A program made the translations under genes and the position numbers. Shown piece by piece: positions 1 through 11,476 of a DNA stretch of 64,000 nucleotides. This stretch comes from Basidiobolus meristosporus CBS 931.73. Lineage: Eukaryota > Fungi > Basidiobolomycota. The first letter of the stretch is position 1. Each line of letters begins with the position of its first letter. Under the pieces are notes generated by a model that had not been told where the DNA came from, did not search any database, and saw only the letters and a program-made list of their open reading frames with translations. The DNA is taken from NCBI GenBank assembly GCA_002104905.1, contig MCFE01000372.1:1-64000 (forward strand), read 5' to 3'.

Positions 1-846
1 CTCCACCCTACCTGCTCAGGTTTCTGCTACATATCTTGGCTTTCCTTTCCTTCCTATCTGGACTAGACTCTGGAGCACACCTGAAGAAGAGAATTATCCT
101 GGCAAGACAGGCACTCCACAAGCTACTGGCTGTTACTCCTCCTACAACTTCAGCTCCCAGCTGCCTCCTTCTACTCAAGCAGTTTGTCTTCCCTGTCCTA
201 GAATTTGGCTTACCACTTCTCTCTCTTACTTCTAGAGACTGCACTAAGCTTGACAAGTTTGCAGTATGGTGCATTACCTCCTTGGTGCCTCATTTGCCTG
301 AATGCCCCTACAGATATGCTATTCTTGGTGCTTTTGGGTTTATGCCCTATAAGATCTGACTTCTCTTCCTTAGAACCAGATTATATCTCAGACTTCACCA
401 CTGCACAACCCACTGATTAAGGCCTGGAAGAGAACACACCACACTACACCTGGCTCCTGCTGGAGAACTATACTTGGAGATCCTGAAGTCAAGAAGTTTG
501 CTCATTATATTCTGCAGTCAGAAAAAGCCCAAGCTGGCTTACCTGAAGTACTTGACAGACCTTTGGCAGCAGTATCTGCAGCAGCACACTCCCTGTTTAT
601 GCTGAATATCAATCCTTATCACATTCCCCTCATTGATGTTGTTCACAAGTCATTCTTACCTCTCTTGCTACCCCCCTTTGCACTGAACAGTGTCTTGAGC
701 ACTGAAGAGTTATCATCACTTCTTATTAACTTACCTACAAATTCCCCTCAGCTACACACTCTTGTATCAAAGCTACAACAGTGCGCTGGCTTCTTTGTTT
801 CAACTGAAGTAAAGATTTTCACCAGTTGGTGACTGTCTCCCCCCTA
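1..846 (+). mobile_element. Non-LTR retrotransposon (LINE) 3' part, copy 1: end of RT domain, C-terminal region and 3' tail; degenerate
   Basis: Translates as ATYLGFPF (RT YLG motif), then GLDSGAHLKKRIILARQALHKLL...LLLLKQFVFPVLEFGLPLL...KLDKF, typical of the LINE region after RT. In-frame TGA at 357-359 and frameshifts. Ends in TCACC-AGTT-GGTGA-CTGTCT-C6-TA. Cut by the window edge. Confidence 0.8.
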
Positions 847-889
847 CAAGATTTCACCACTTGGTGACTTTTGTCCCATGACCCTAGAA

Positions 890-1763
890 CTGCACTCTAC
901 CTGCTCAAGTTTCTGCTACATATCTTGGCTTTCCTTTCCATCCTATTGGACTAGACTCTGGAGCACACCTGAAGAAGAGAATTATCCTGGCAAGACAAGC
1001 ACTCCACACGCTACTGGCTGTAACTCCTCCTACAACTTCAGCTCCCAGCTGCCTCCTTCTACTCAAGCAGTTTGTCTTCCCTGTCCTGGAATTTGGCTTA
1101 CCACTTCTCTCTCTTACTTCTAGAGACTGCACTAAACTTGACAAGTTTGCAGTATGGTGCATTACATCCTTGGTGCCTCATCTGCCTGAATGCCCCTACA
1201 GACATGCTATTCTTGGTGCTTTTGGGTTTATGCCCTATAAGATCTGACTATCTCTACCTTAGAACCAGATTATATCTCAGACTTCACCACTGCAACAACC
1301 CACTGATCAAGACCTGGAAGGGAACACACCACACTACACCTGGCTCCAGCTGGAGAACTATACATTGGATATCCTGAAGTCAAGAAGTTTGCTCACTATA
1401 TTCTGCAGTCAGAAAAACCCAAGCTGGCCTACCTGAAGTACTTGACAGACCTTTGGCAGCAATATCTGAAGCAGCACACTCCCTTTATGATGAATATCAA
1501 TCCTTATCATATTCCCCTCATTAATGTTGTTCACAAATCATTCTTACCCCTCTTGCTACCCCCCTTCCCCCTGAACAGTGTCTTGAGCACTGAAGAGTTA
1601 TCATCACTTCTTATTAACTTACCTACAAATTCCCCTCAGCTACACACTCTTGTATCAAAGCTACAACAGTAGCACTGGCTTCTTTGTTTCAACCAAAATA
1701 AAGATTTCACCTGTTGGTGACTGTCTCCCCCCCCCTACTGTCTCCCCCTAACCCTAACCCTAA
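890..1763 (+). mobile_element. LINE 3' part, copy 2, tandem with copy 1 (offset ~889 bp)
   Basis: About 11 differences from copy 1 over the first ~310 bp by eye. YLGFPFHPIGLDSGAHLKKR is in frame up to the shared TGA at 1245-1247. Ends with the hairpin at 1707-1720, a duplicated CTGTCT-Cn-TA and (CCCTAA)3. Confidence 0.8.
1746..1763 (+). repeat. Telomere-type repeat (CCCTAA)3 at the LINE 3' end
   Basis: Reads ccctaa ccctaa ccctaa at 1746-1763. A shorter CCCTAACCCT follows copy 3 at 2067-2076. Confidence 0.75.
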
Positions 1764-1929
1764 GGACAACCTTGAGAAATTTCATGTTCTGGGAACCTTG
1801 TGTTTTGGTGAAAATATTTTTAGTAAATCCTAACAAGGAATTTGGTCAGTATTCTCTAGGATTTGAAGGTAATGATCTAAGTGACTTAGCTAGGGGAATA
1901 TTTAGGTGGAATTACAAACTTTTACAACA
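1764..1929 (-). mobile_element. Inverted fragment of the Copia LTR found at 62994-63339
   Basis: ggacaaccttgagaaatttcatgttctggg...tgatctaagtgacttagc...ttttacaaca aligns by eye (roughly 85%) to the reverse complement of 62994-63159. Confidence 0.8.
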
Positions 1930-1933
1930 GATC

Positions 1934-2207
1934 TATCATCTCTCCTTATTTCCTTACCAACAAATTCCTCTCAGCTGCACACTGTTGTATCAAAGCTACA
2001 ACAGTAGCACTGGCTTCTTTGTTTCAACTGAAATATAGATTTCACCAGTTGGTGACTGTCTCCCCCCCCTAACCCTGGCTTCTTCAGAACTCAAATTAAG
2101 TAAACAAAGATTTCACCACTTTGTGGCTTTCCTCCCCCCAAGTGCTGGCTACTTTGTATTGACTGAAGTAAAGATCTCATGTATTGGCAACTGTCTCCCC
2201 CTAGCCC
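1934..2207 (+). mobile_element. LINE extreme 3' end (copy 3, ~1934-2076) plus two further degenerate 3'-tail modules (~2100-2140, ~2143-2207)
   Basis: Matches the last ~140 nt of copies 1 and 2 (cttaccaacaaattcctctcagc...aaagctacaacagtagcactggc). Hairpin at 2042-2055, then C8-TAACCCT. Decayed tails follow: aaagatttcaccactttgtgg...cccccca and aaagatctcatgtattggcaactgtctccccctagccc. Confidence 0.75.
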
Positions 2208-2368
2208 TTTTACTGATAAGGTAGTTGTGATCTTCTTATGTTAGCTGCTATGCTCAAATGACTTTGTCAAATTTTGAGATAGCACCTTGTGCTCAAATTT
2301 CCTAATAAAGCCATAGCCCACTAGCCCTAACTGTATATAGTCTGAGCCAGAAACACTGGCTATATATA

Positions 2369-2575
2369 TTTAGGAATATCCTAAGACCATGTGAGCATAG
2401 TTGAAGGCTGCTCCAATAACTTTGGGATTCTTGTGTCCTGAGTATCTGATGATTTGGTGATTTATTTCAAGTATATCCTGGCATGGAATCTAGGTAAGAT
2501 TCTCTACAACTGGTAGACTGTGATCTAAGTGACTAGTTAAGTGAGCATTTGGGTGTAATGACAGAATATGCACCA
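2369..2575 (-). mobile_element. Second, more diverged inverted fragment of the Copia LTR
   Basis: Blocks cctaagaccatgtgagcatagttgaaggctgct, atttggtga and tgatctaagtgactagttaag are collinear with the reverse complement of ~62994-63200. Confidence 0.6.
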
Positions 2576-3827
2576 TTTTCTACCTTTACTATAATACCTA
2601 TACCCAACAGGGGTAAACAGCATACCTAAACTCAATAAAGCAGCAAATGGATAGTATACAATTCTCCTGGCTCCCAAATCATTTCCTTTATTATGCACTA
2701 TCTTACAACACACATACCCCCTTTACTTTCTCTTGCATTCTTTTGAGGTTTTTACCTTTGAAGAATGTGTGATATTTCTGCCTTGATATTGTACACACTT
2801 TCAAACTTAACATTAATGCATTGTGCATACCACTATGCCAACCTTACTTAAGATACATGATAGAATTACTAAATGCTAAATCCTAATAATTCTACCCAAA
2901 ACCAGAACCTCACCTTCTAGAGACAAGTTAACCTTGGTCTCCTTGGCATCATATACAAGATCTAATCATGTAATGAGCAACTCAAAATCAACCACTCTAT
3001 TACAAAACGATGGAGGACCAGTATAATGAAGACTCCATCCCAAAAATCCGTGTAGGTTTCTCTGGGAAAATTGTACCTCCGAGCTCAGCTTTGCTAAAGC
3101 ACACGTCACTACCATCACATTGACCTGCCGCAGGCAACCACCGAGAAACAGACCTATTGCCACATGATATTGTATGTAAGCCTTCATATCAGTTGCGGCA
3201 ATTGTTCTCATAGTCATCAGCCTATTGCCTTGAAATTCCGCATTGCTAATGAACAGACGCATGTAATTTGGGTTTAGTATGATATACCTTGCTGATAGGC
3301 CTTTGCCATGTGACATTAAACCCGCTGTCAATACTTGTTCGCTGGAATAGGTCCTAAAGCGACATAAAACAACGACCGTACCCCAAAATTCCTGCGCATA
3401 ATGCAGTAAACCTGGTCGTTAGGAGCACGTAATCTCAAACCTTGTTGCGTAGTCAAGCTATACATGGCTCATCCTTGACACAAAGAGTCAATTGAATGGC
3501 TAAAAATGTGATATTATTACTGCAAGATCTTGTAATATTGGTTTCATCGGGTTGCAGTAGCAATGCCTTAGTATTGTAAGTTAGCATCAACCAGGTTACA
3601 ATGTTTGATGTGCCAATCCTTTTCTTGTTTTTTCTGCATGTGATTGGATTATTCCTCTTCCAAATGTACTACATCAAGTTGGGTACTAGTTTCATTGGCA
3701 CCATACTTGATAGTTTGGAAGACCTTTGCGTGTGCTCTATATATGGGCATATATGCAACAAAGGTATATATACACGTAGAAGGTAGAGCCAAGCATTGAT
3801 TATTTTTCTATCCTCAGTTGATTGGCG

Positions 3828-6108
3828 ATGATACAAGCATTGGAGACTCAGTCAACAAAACCTCATGTTCCTTCCTCTAGCCCAAAGGTCGGCTGTCGCC
3901 AGCCACATCCGTTTGATCAGCTTTCTGTTGATGAAATCAACCAAGCCTGTAAAATTGTTCGCAATGCAAAGAAGGACATGCACTTTATCTTCAGAACTAT
4001 CACTCTTCGAGAACCCTGCAAGGAGCGCATGATGGCCTATCTTGGCTGGTTAACCACCAGTGATCCCACCCCTACCCATGTTGAGCGTGAGGCGCTCATA
4101 ATCCTTCTTGAAAGAAAAAGCACGAAATGCTATGAGTGTATTGTTTCACTCGACAGCAACACCATAACAAAGTTTGAGCACGTTCCGCAAGTACAGCCTC
4201 CGATTCCGCCTGACGAACAAATATTGCTAGAAAAGATCATACTGGAAGACGAGAAAGTTATAGAAGAATGTGGCAAGGCAGGATTCAACGACATGTCGCT
4301 TGTGATTGTGGATACATGGTCTATTGGCAAAAACACCCAAAAGCCTGACACGCGAGTATTGCAGGGTATTTTGTATGGGAAATCAAGCCAGCTCGACAAT
4401 CCTTATGCTCATCCATTGAATTTTATCCCAATCGTTGGTAAGGTTATTTGGTCCTGTTGAACAGTATGGCTTCATTTGAACAAGTGTCTAAGCAATAATT
4501 GACATACATCGTAGACATGGGTGAAGAGAAAGTCATCGGCATCGACTATATCAAGCCCAAGGACAGCAAATTCGAGCGTGCCACTGTTCCACTTGAAAGC
4601 CACAACTTTCTTCCGGAACTTGTCGGCCAAAGCAATCTTCGAGGAGACCTCAAGCCGATTATCATTCAGCAACCGCAGGGGGTTTCATTTACGGTGAAGA
4701 ATGGCTCACAAATTGACTGGCAAAAATGGAGCATGCACGTATCTATGGCGTATCGGGAAGGTCTTGTGATTCGCAACGTGAGCTACCAGGACGGAAACGA
4801 AAAAAGGCCACTGTTCTATCGCCTGGGCATTTCTGAAATGGTAGTTCCTTATGCTGATCCTGAAAGCCCACACAATCGTAAGCAAGCCTTCGACGTTGGA
4901 GAATACGGGCTAGGGCTTTCCACCAATTCTCTGAGTAAGTGTATATTGTATGTAAATTCGAGGCTTTGGGTAGCAAAGAAGGGTCTAATATTTCTGCACT
5001 CAACCAGGTTTGGGGTGCGATTGCCTCGGAAGCATTTACTATATCGACGCGGTTTTTAACGACGACAAGGGAAATGCTTATACGGTTCCCAATGCCATCT
5101 GTATTCATGAGGAAGATTATGGGCTACTGTGGAAACACTCGGACAGGAGAACCAATCGTTCGGATTCTGTTCGTTCTCGTCGTTTGGTCATCTCCCACTT
5201 TGCTACAGGTATAATTCATAGCGTATGCATAACGTGGGTTAGCCGGTATTAACTTGCTGCTGTTATATGTAGTCTCTAATTACGACTACGGTGTTTACTA
5301 CTACTTTTATCAAGATGGTACACTTGAATGCGAGGTAAAGGCCACGGGTATCATTAACACCACTGTCCTGGCAACAGACGAAACGCCCCAGAGCTTCGGT
5401 GAAACGGTCGCGCCCCAGATCAATGGTCAACACCACCAGCACTTTTTTACTGCACGCATCGACCCAATGGTTGACGGTCCACTGAACTCTGTTAGTAAGG
5501 TGGAAATCAACACGTACCCATACCCTACTGGTCATCCGCAAAATCCATGGGGAAATGCCTTCACGGCGGACGAAACTATCCTGAAAACTACTCACGAAGC
5601 GCAACAAGACCCCAACTATAGCACAGGAAAGTACTGGAAGATCGTCAACCAGGGCCGTCAGCACCCGTACACAAAGCACCCTGTAGGGTGGAAGATCACC
5701 AGTAAAAGTTTGCTCCCGATGTTTGCTCAGCCAGACTCGGTTGTGGGGCAACGCGCACCATACGCATTCAAATCTTTGTGGGTGACACCGTTCAAGGAAG
5801 ATCAGTTGTATCCAGCTGGATTCTATGTCAATCAGTCAAGCGGAGAAAACACGTTGGCCACATGGGCCACGGAAGAAAAGAACATAGAGCAGGAGGATAT
5901 TGTGCTATGGTATAATTTTGGCTTGACACATGTGGTTAGAGTCGAAGATTTCCCAATTATGCCTGTAGAATATTGCGGGTTTACGTTGAAGCCTTGCAAC
6001 TTTTTCAAGGAAAATCCGTCTGTGGATGTTCCTCCATCTAGTAAGCTGATGATAGATGAATCGACGAAGGTACAAGGAGGTTCAGTCGATACTGGGTGCT
6101 GTAACTAA
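3828..6108 (+). CDS. Copper-containing amine oxidase (TPQ enzyme); exons ~3828-4437, 4515-4934, 5008-5208, 5273-6108
   Basis: N-terminal PHPFDQLS; AFDVGEYGLG and LGCDCLG; active-site TVSNYDY formed across intron 3; copper ligands HHQH and THVVRVEDFP. GT-AG introns restore the frame. An extra upstream exon cannot be excluded because tcctcag at ~3817 resembles an acceptor. Confidence 0.95.
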
Positions 6109-6779
6109 GCCATGCCTAAAATAACAGGAGTAGTTCATTATAGTCGATTTCAATAAACAGTCATCCTTGTGGCAATGGCACATAAAAAGCCATCATCATC
6201 TCAATATCGCATAAAATGACGGGATCATAAACGGATCGCGGTTCAGGGGCTGAGGGTAGCGGGGATATCCGCCCTTACTCATTGCTAAAGGAGTATCTTG
6301 CACAATTACCATAAGCTGAGAATATCAAGAAATAGTGACTAACATAGATCTCAACCACGTGAGTGTGGGGGATCTTGCTGCTGACAATATGATAACTTCC
6401 CCACCCCTTTTGGGACCTTACTCTGTGTATGTCTAGGGGTACTGGTGTTCTCGGGGCTAGGATTCGAATTCCTCTGTTTGACTTCCCCTTCCTCCTTTCC
6501 ACTTTGGGTATGAATGGAGTCAGCAACATAGCCTTCTTGTATTACTGTTGTTGCCATTCAAATGCTGGCTGAATATCAGAATGTTGAACCATATATTTAT
6601 GAATCGTATATTTATTGCCCTCTGATAATTATGCTTCCTATGCTTGTGCATCAGTGCTAGCTTTGTATTGTACAACATGCTCGTACTCAACTAGATATTA
6701 ATGGCAACTATTGCTGATTAATTCCGACTGGTAAACATTCAGCCTTATTGTGGCGATTTTGGCATTTATTTCAAAACAC

Positions 6780-8290
6780 CCAATGGAAATGCAGTGCCAA
6801 ATATCATTTGGGCTTCCATTAAATTGCTACATTGATATCTTAATGTAGGCAGCTGCTTAGCTGATGAGATAGGGTAGCCAGCTAGCCCTGCCCAAGTGCT
6901 TCATTGCTCAAGATGCAGTTTTATAACTTTTGGTAGTGCTGTAGCATAAAGATCTGACCAATGCAAAATAGTAGTATCTTAAATGCTTTAACAATATTGA
7001 GCCTTGGCAGGTTGTAGATATTTACCCCTGCAATGTCAACAAAATCTGCAGAATATATCTCAACTAGTGTCATCAAGCCCATGAAAATGGACCCAGCAAA
7101 TGCACATGATGAATGCAAGCCTGCTGCTATTGTCACAAAAGATGCTTAGAATGTATGACAGCTGTAAGAGTCAGAGTATTACTTGTATCTGATATACATA
7201 CTTGGCACAGCTTGCAATGATGCAATCCCAGTAAAGATGATATTAGATTGCCTTGGAATAGTAATAAAAGAACTGTAACTAATTAGGCCAGCCATTATAG
7301 CAAGAAATATCCCTTATATATGTTGCAATTTAGTAATCACACCTAAATACTCCATTAACTTGGGCACTTTGATCATTGCTTAAGGATCATGGGATTTCTT
7401 GTCCAGGGTTTTTTTTTGTTAAGTACATATAATATCTCACATAAACATCAGCCATCCAGTATATATCACTTCTCAAAGTTGTCCAAATGCCCTAGTGTCT
7501 TTCACATACTCTCCTGGGACCATCCTGAGCATACTAGAATAAAATGAGTACCCTAGGTGCAAGAAACTTAATTACAATAGGATGCTCATGATTCAGATTA
7601 GACATGTTAGAATTAGTACTATGATAAGTATCTTAATATTAGTTGCACACTCACAGTCTGATCCTGTAATGGTGTTGAACCCTAGATATTGCCATCAACT
7701 ATGTTTTGATTATTGTGATGAATATAGTTAGCAGCTAGGTATCCTACTTTGCCTAAGAAGACTGTGTATGTTGGCCTACATGTTACATGAATATACACCA
7801 GTATTATCACATCTGAGTTGTGGCTAGTAACCAAAGTTATATTTTTACTGGTATTTGTATGCTATTTAGAATATGTCAATCGGAATTACAATTAAGAGAT
7901 GTTGTTTTGGCTTTAAAAAAGCTAGCATCCTTGCTTTTCTAAACTTGACTCCTTTGACTGAGATCAAGGGTGATTGCTCACAAACAGCACTCTCTCTTAC
8001 TACTAAATATTAGAGCATTGATGCACTTCATACCCAGGTAGCTTCAGAAACTCTCCTAAAAGTAACTATTATCAGGGACACAACTGAATATCATGCAAGT
8101 ATTATAGTTCTCCAAGTCCCTTTGAATACTCCCTAGAATCCTAAAGCATATGTAAGAAACAGTGGCTTCCATTTGTTTCTTCACTTCTCTCAGCAAATTC
8201 TTTCATAGTTATGGTTGAATTACTTGGAGAAAATAATAGTCCCAAAAAGCTGTGAGCAAAGATTGGGACCTTTTAGATGCATTGAGATTG
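6780..8290. other. CpG-depleted, AT-rich segment; probable decayed repeat or transposon of unknown type
   Basis: About one CG dinucleotide seen in ~1.5 kb, versus abundant CG in the flanking genes. No recognisable protein motif. Confidence 0.45.
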
Positions 8291-8995
8291 TGGAAATACG
8301 ATTAGTCGCCAAAATAATCAAACGGGTTTGAAATGAATTTTGTTTAATATTCAGGCTTATTGATTTAGTGAGTAGTAGGTGCAGATTATAGGCAACAACA
8401 AATACCCTACTCCCTACCCTCTTCGTATTCAAAATGGAAAACCCAGATATTGGAATTTCCACATGTTGAGAGCGATTTAATAATTTTGGCTATAAGCAGT
8501 GTAGGATTCCATCACAAGGAATAGCTGCTAAAATTAGCAAGAAATCCAAGTGTGATACTAAAGATCGGAAATAATATCTAGAATGCGAGTTTTCCCTAGT
8601 TAGTTTATCAAGTATAATGGAGTTTTTTCATATTTGTAGGCTTCGTGAAATAGCTAATAGAATGTGCTGTGAGAAGCCTTAGAGCAATAAAGATATGGCA
8701 GGATTTATTCCCTTTGCATGACTTGCAAAGCCTACCATTGTTGGACCTGTACATATTGCCAAAGTATATTTATTTCAATTACAAATACACATTGTATGAA
8801 TATGAATTGCTCCAGGAGCAGAATCGTGAAATGATGAAGAATTGTACTGGAAGATAAAGAATATTAAAGGGAAGATAGGAAGGTGACAACACTAGGCTGG
8901 GTTTCCGTAAGAGTAGAACGTAGGAATACCATGTACAGTGGGGGAAAACAGGCGAGAATAAGTTATGAATATGAACGGTTTTGATGCCTAATAAT

Positions 8996-10561
8996 TCAGA
9001 CCTCCTGTACTTTACAATAGTCACCCTGGTCTAAGAGTGAAATGGATGCGCCTAAACACCAACCAGTCTCCATGTCCTTGATCTTCTTTGCTACTTTGAC
9101 ATCTCTCGAATCAGGCAGCTCGTATCCATCGTGAAGTAAACTATAGATAAAGGTCATATCCATACAATAATGAGCGTTGTCCTTGAGTGCTTGATTGATG
9201 TCGATAGTACTATGGGATAGGGTTTGGAAGTAGTCGACATCCTTTCGACATACGCGTTCTGTAGCTTCACGTAGCTGTTCCAACTTGAATTCTTCATTCA
9301 TGCCAAGTGCTTGTGTCAAATCGTAGAAATACGAAAAGATGTAAATATCATTGTTGCCGAAGGTATCGACCAAACTGGGTTGATATACTCCATCGAAGGC
9401 ACATGGCTTAAGATTACAAGTCTTAGATTTGTTCAGGGCCTCTTTAACAACTTCATGACAACTCTGCATTCCTTCAGCGCTACCGGTAAGCTTGATGCTC
9501 TGAGATGATGTGGAATTATGAGGAGTCCAATCAAAATCAAGCTCAGAACCTGGAAATACACAGGGATGATTGATGGTAGATTCGGTGCTTTGTGATTCAG
9601 CAATGGAAGCCTTAATAAGCTTGCGAGCCTCCATCAATCCATAGCCCAGGTAGCTATGCTGATAGAGCTCATACTTGTGGTTACCGAAGTCCATTTGGTA
9701 TTGGTGCTCGCCATACTCCAGTTGCGTACCATTAGTGAATGTAGGCTCGAAGACAATCTGTGTGGATCCTCCGCCTAAATCGAAGACAGCAGCCGTAGGT
9801 ACCTTTGAAGGTTGCCCGAGTTTCTCTAGCAAGTAATTGACAGTGATCCAAGCATAAACACCTTCATTCGAGCCGTCCATGATTTCCACACCGCCATCCT
9901 GCACGACCGAGAAAGGATATACAGTCTCTAATCTATGACGAACTGCTTCCAAAATGCGAGCACTAGGCTCTGCTCCCAAGAGTCTTAATCCCGCAGTGGC
10001 TTTAACTGCAACTGGAGTGCAAGAATGTAACTCTTTCGGAATGTTCTCCATAGCCACCACCATTAAGCTATCCAGGCTCTTGGCTGCTCCAAGTGGATCA
10101 TTTGGATAATTCGATAATCCCGGTTTGAGTTGCTCGAATACTTCAGATTCCAACTCAGGGTTTTCCTTGCAATAATTAAACTTATAGACGTGAACTCGTG
10201 AACCGGTGGATCCGGCATCAATCATGATGACATATTGAATCAAAGGCTTTCCTGGATGGGCAACATCGCAATGGGCGGAATGTAAATTACTTCCTATAAT
10301 AATTTGTTAGCGATGCTTCCATCCTTCTCCTCATGAATGCCTTCGATTCCAGACACAAAGAAAGAAGTTCGATATGGTGGGCTACTTACCAACTTGGATG
10401 GTGTGTTCACTCTTGGCCTGGCTTCCGATTGGAGCCCTAATAGACACCGTACTTTGAGAAAGACGACTGCTGAGGAATAGCCAGAAGCCGCCAAACAATA
10501 GCAACAATACCACCACCTTGACCCAGATTGCTTGTATGCCCTTATTGAGATACATGTTCAT
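8996..10561 (-). CDS. GDA1: Golgi guanosine diphosphatase (GDA1/CD39 apyrase family); exons 10561-10390 and 10293-8996
   Basis: N-terminal transmembrane segment VVVLLLLFGGFWLFL. Apyrase conserved regions IDAGSTGSR, KATAGLR, MDGSNEG, DLGGGSTQ and GWCLGA. HPGKPLIQY is restored by the splice. Confidence 0.93.
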
Positions 10562-10813
10562 AGTAGAGAAGGAACGTACTGTGAAAGCAGGAAAATAAAG
10601 CGACAAACGGGCCAATCAGAGGGCGAGAAAATATCAATGTGAATGCGGTCAATATCTAGCAATGGCCAAAAAAAAGAATGATTGAAACTCTGATTTGCGG
10701 TAACCAACATCTGATGTATTTTAGATGGTTATTCACGAACCGTACGCAATCGGATATGCCATTTATATCCCTCAAGAATTTACACACTCTATATTTAATT
10801 AATTTGAGCAACC

Positions 10814-10946
10814 ATTGGCTACATATCACATCCACTGATGCACGCCAATTGGGGTGCCCTATCCGCCCTCAGCTTGGTAGCCAATATTCCTGGCAACTCA
10901 TTGGCACAGCAGGCCATTTAATATCACTACCAATGGCACGACCAAT
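10814..10946. promoter_or_regulatory. Cluster of CCAAT/ATTGG boxes upstream of GDA1
   Basis: ATTGG 10814, CCAATTGG 10845, CCAAT 10881, ATTGG 10900, CCAAT 10930 and CCAAT 10942. Also GCCAATCAGA at 10611. Confidence 0.4.
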
Positions 10947-11476
10947 TTGCATCCTAAATTCGTAACTATTACTTAATGGGATGGGCGCGATAAATGAAAT
11001 GATCTCAACCAGTGTGAAATCACGTCGCTAACCCTTCCTGATGCCATCGCTACCTCTCCTGCTCGCTATTAGATTCAGCTATACTTTCTACTCTAGATAA
11101 ACTTCATCTCAGAGCTTAATTCATCTACCTTATCGTGCTTTTTAATTAACCAGTAACGTTATATATGTTAACAAACCCCACATAAATTTCAATTGGACGT
11201 TCAGGTTGTGAATACGATAACTGACCTCATGATGCTGCCAACCAAGCTGCCTAATAGTTGGTTTGACTAAGCAACAAAATATGCGAAGATTGGGCGCTGG
11301 TGAATTATGTTGAAGTGTTTATTGAGAAAAACGATAATTTTGGTGAATAAGCTTGTATAGGAAAGTCTGCTAAGGGGATGGGTGAAATTTACACATTTGA
11401 ATAATACTATGAACTTCAGTTCATTCCATTAAAGAGTCGGTCCTGTTGGTGAAAACCTTGGTGAATTTTGGCGAAT

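Noticed and set aside
800-845. Hammerhead ribozyme or Penelope-like pLTR in the tail module
   Set aside because: CTGAAGT on the plus strand lacks the CUGANGA core and a following GAAA. The minus strand has stem-GAAA but no CUGANGA. The protein looks LINE-like.
811-2207. Palindromic ~35-nt repeats resembling a CRISPR array
   Set aside because: Spacing is irregular (35 to ~850 bp), the intervening DNA is itself repeated LINE sequence, the context is eukaryotic and there are no cas genes.
1-2990. Neurospora-type RIP (CpA to TpA) as the cause of repeat decay
   Set aside because: CA/TG dinucleotides remain abundant, and the LINE and gag frames carry only TGA-type stops, which fits CpG deamination rather than classical RIP.
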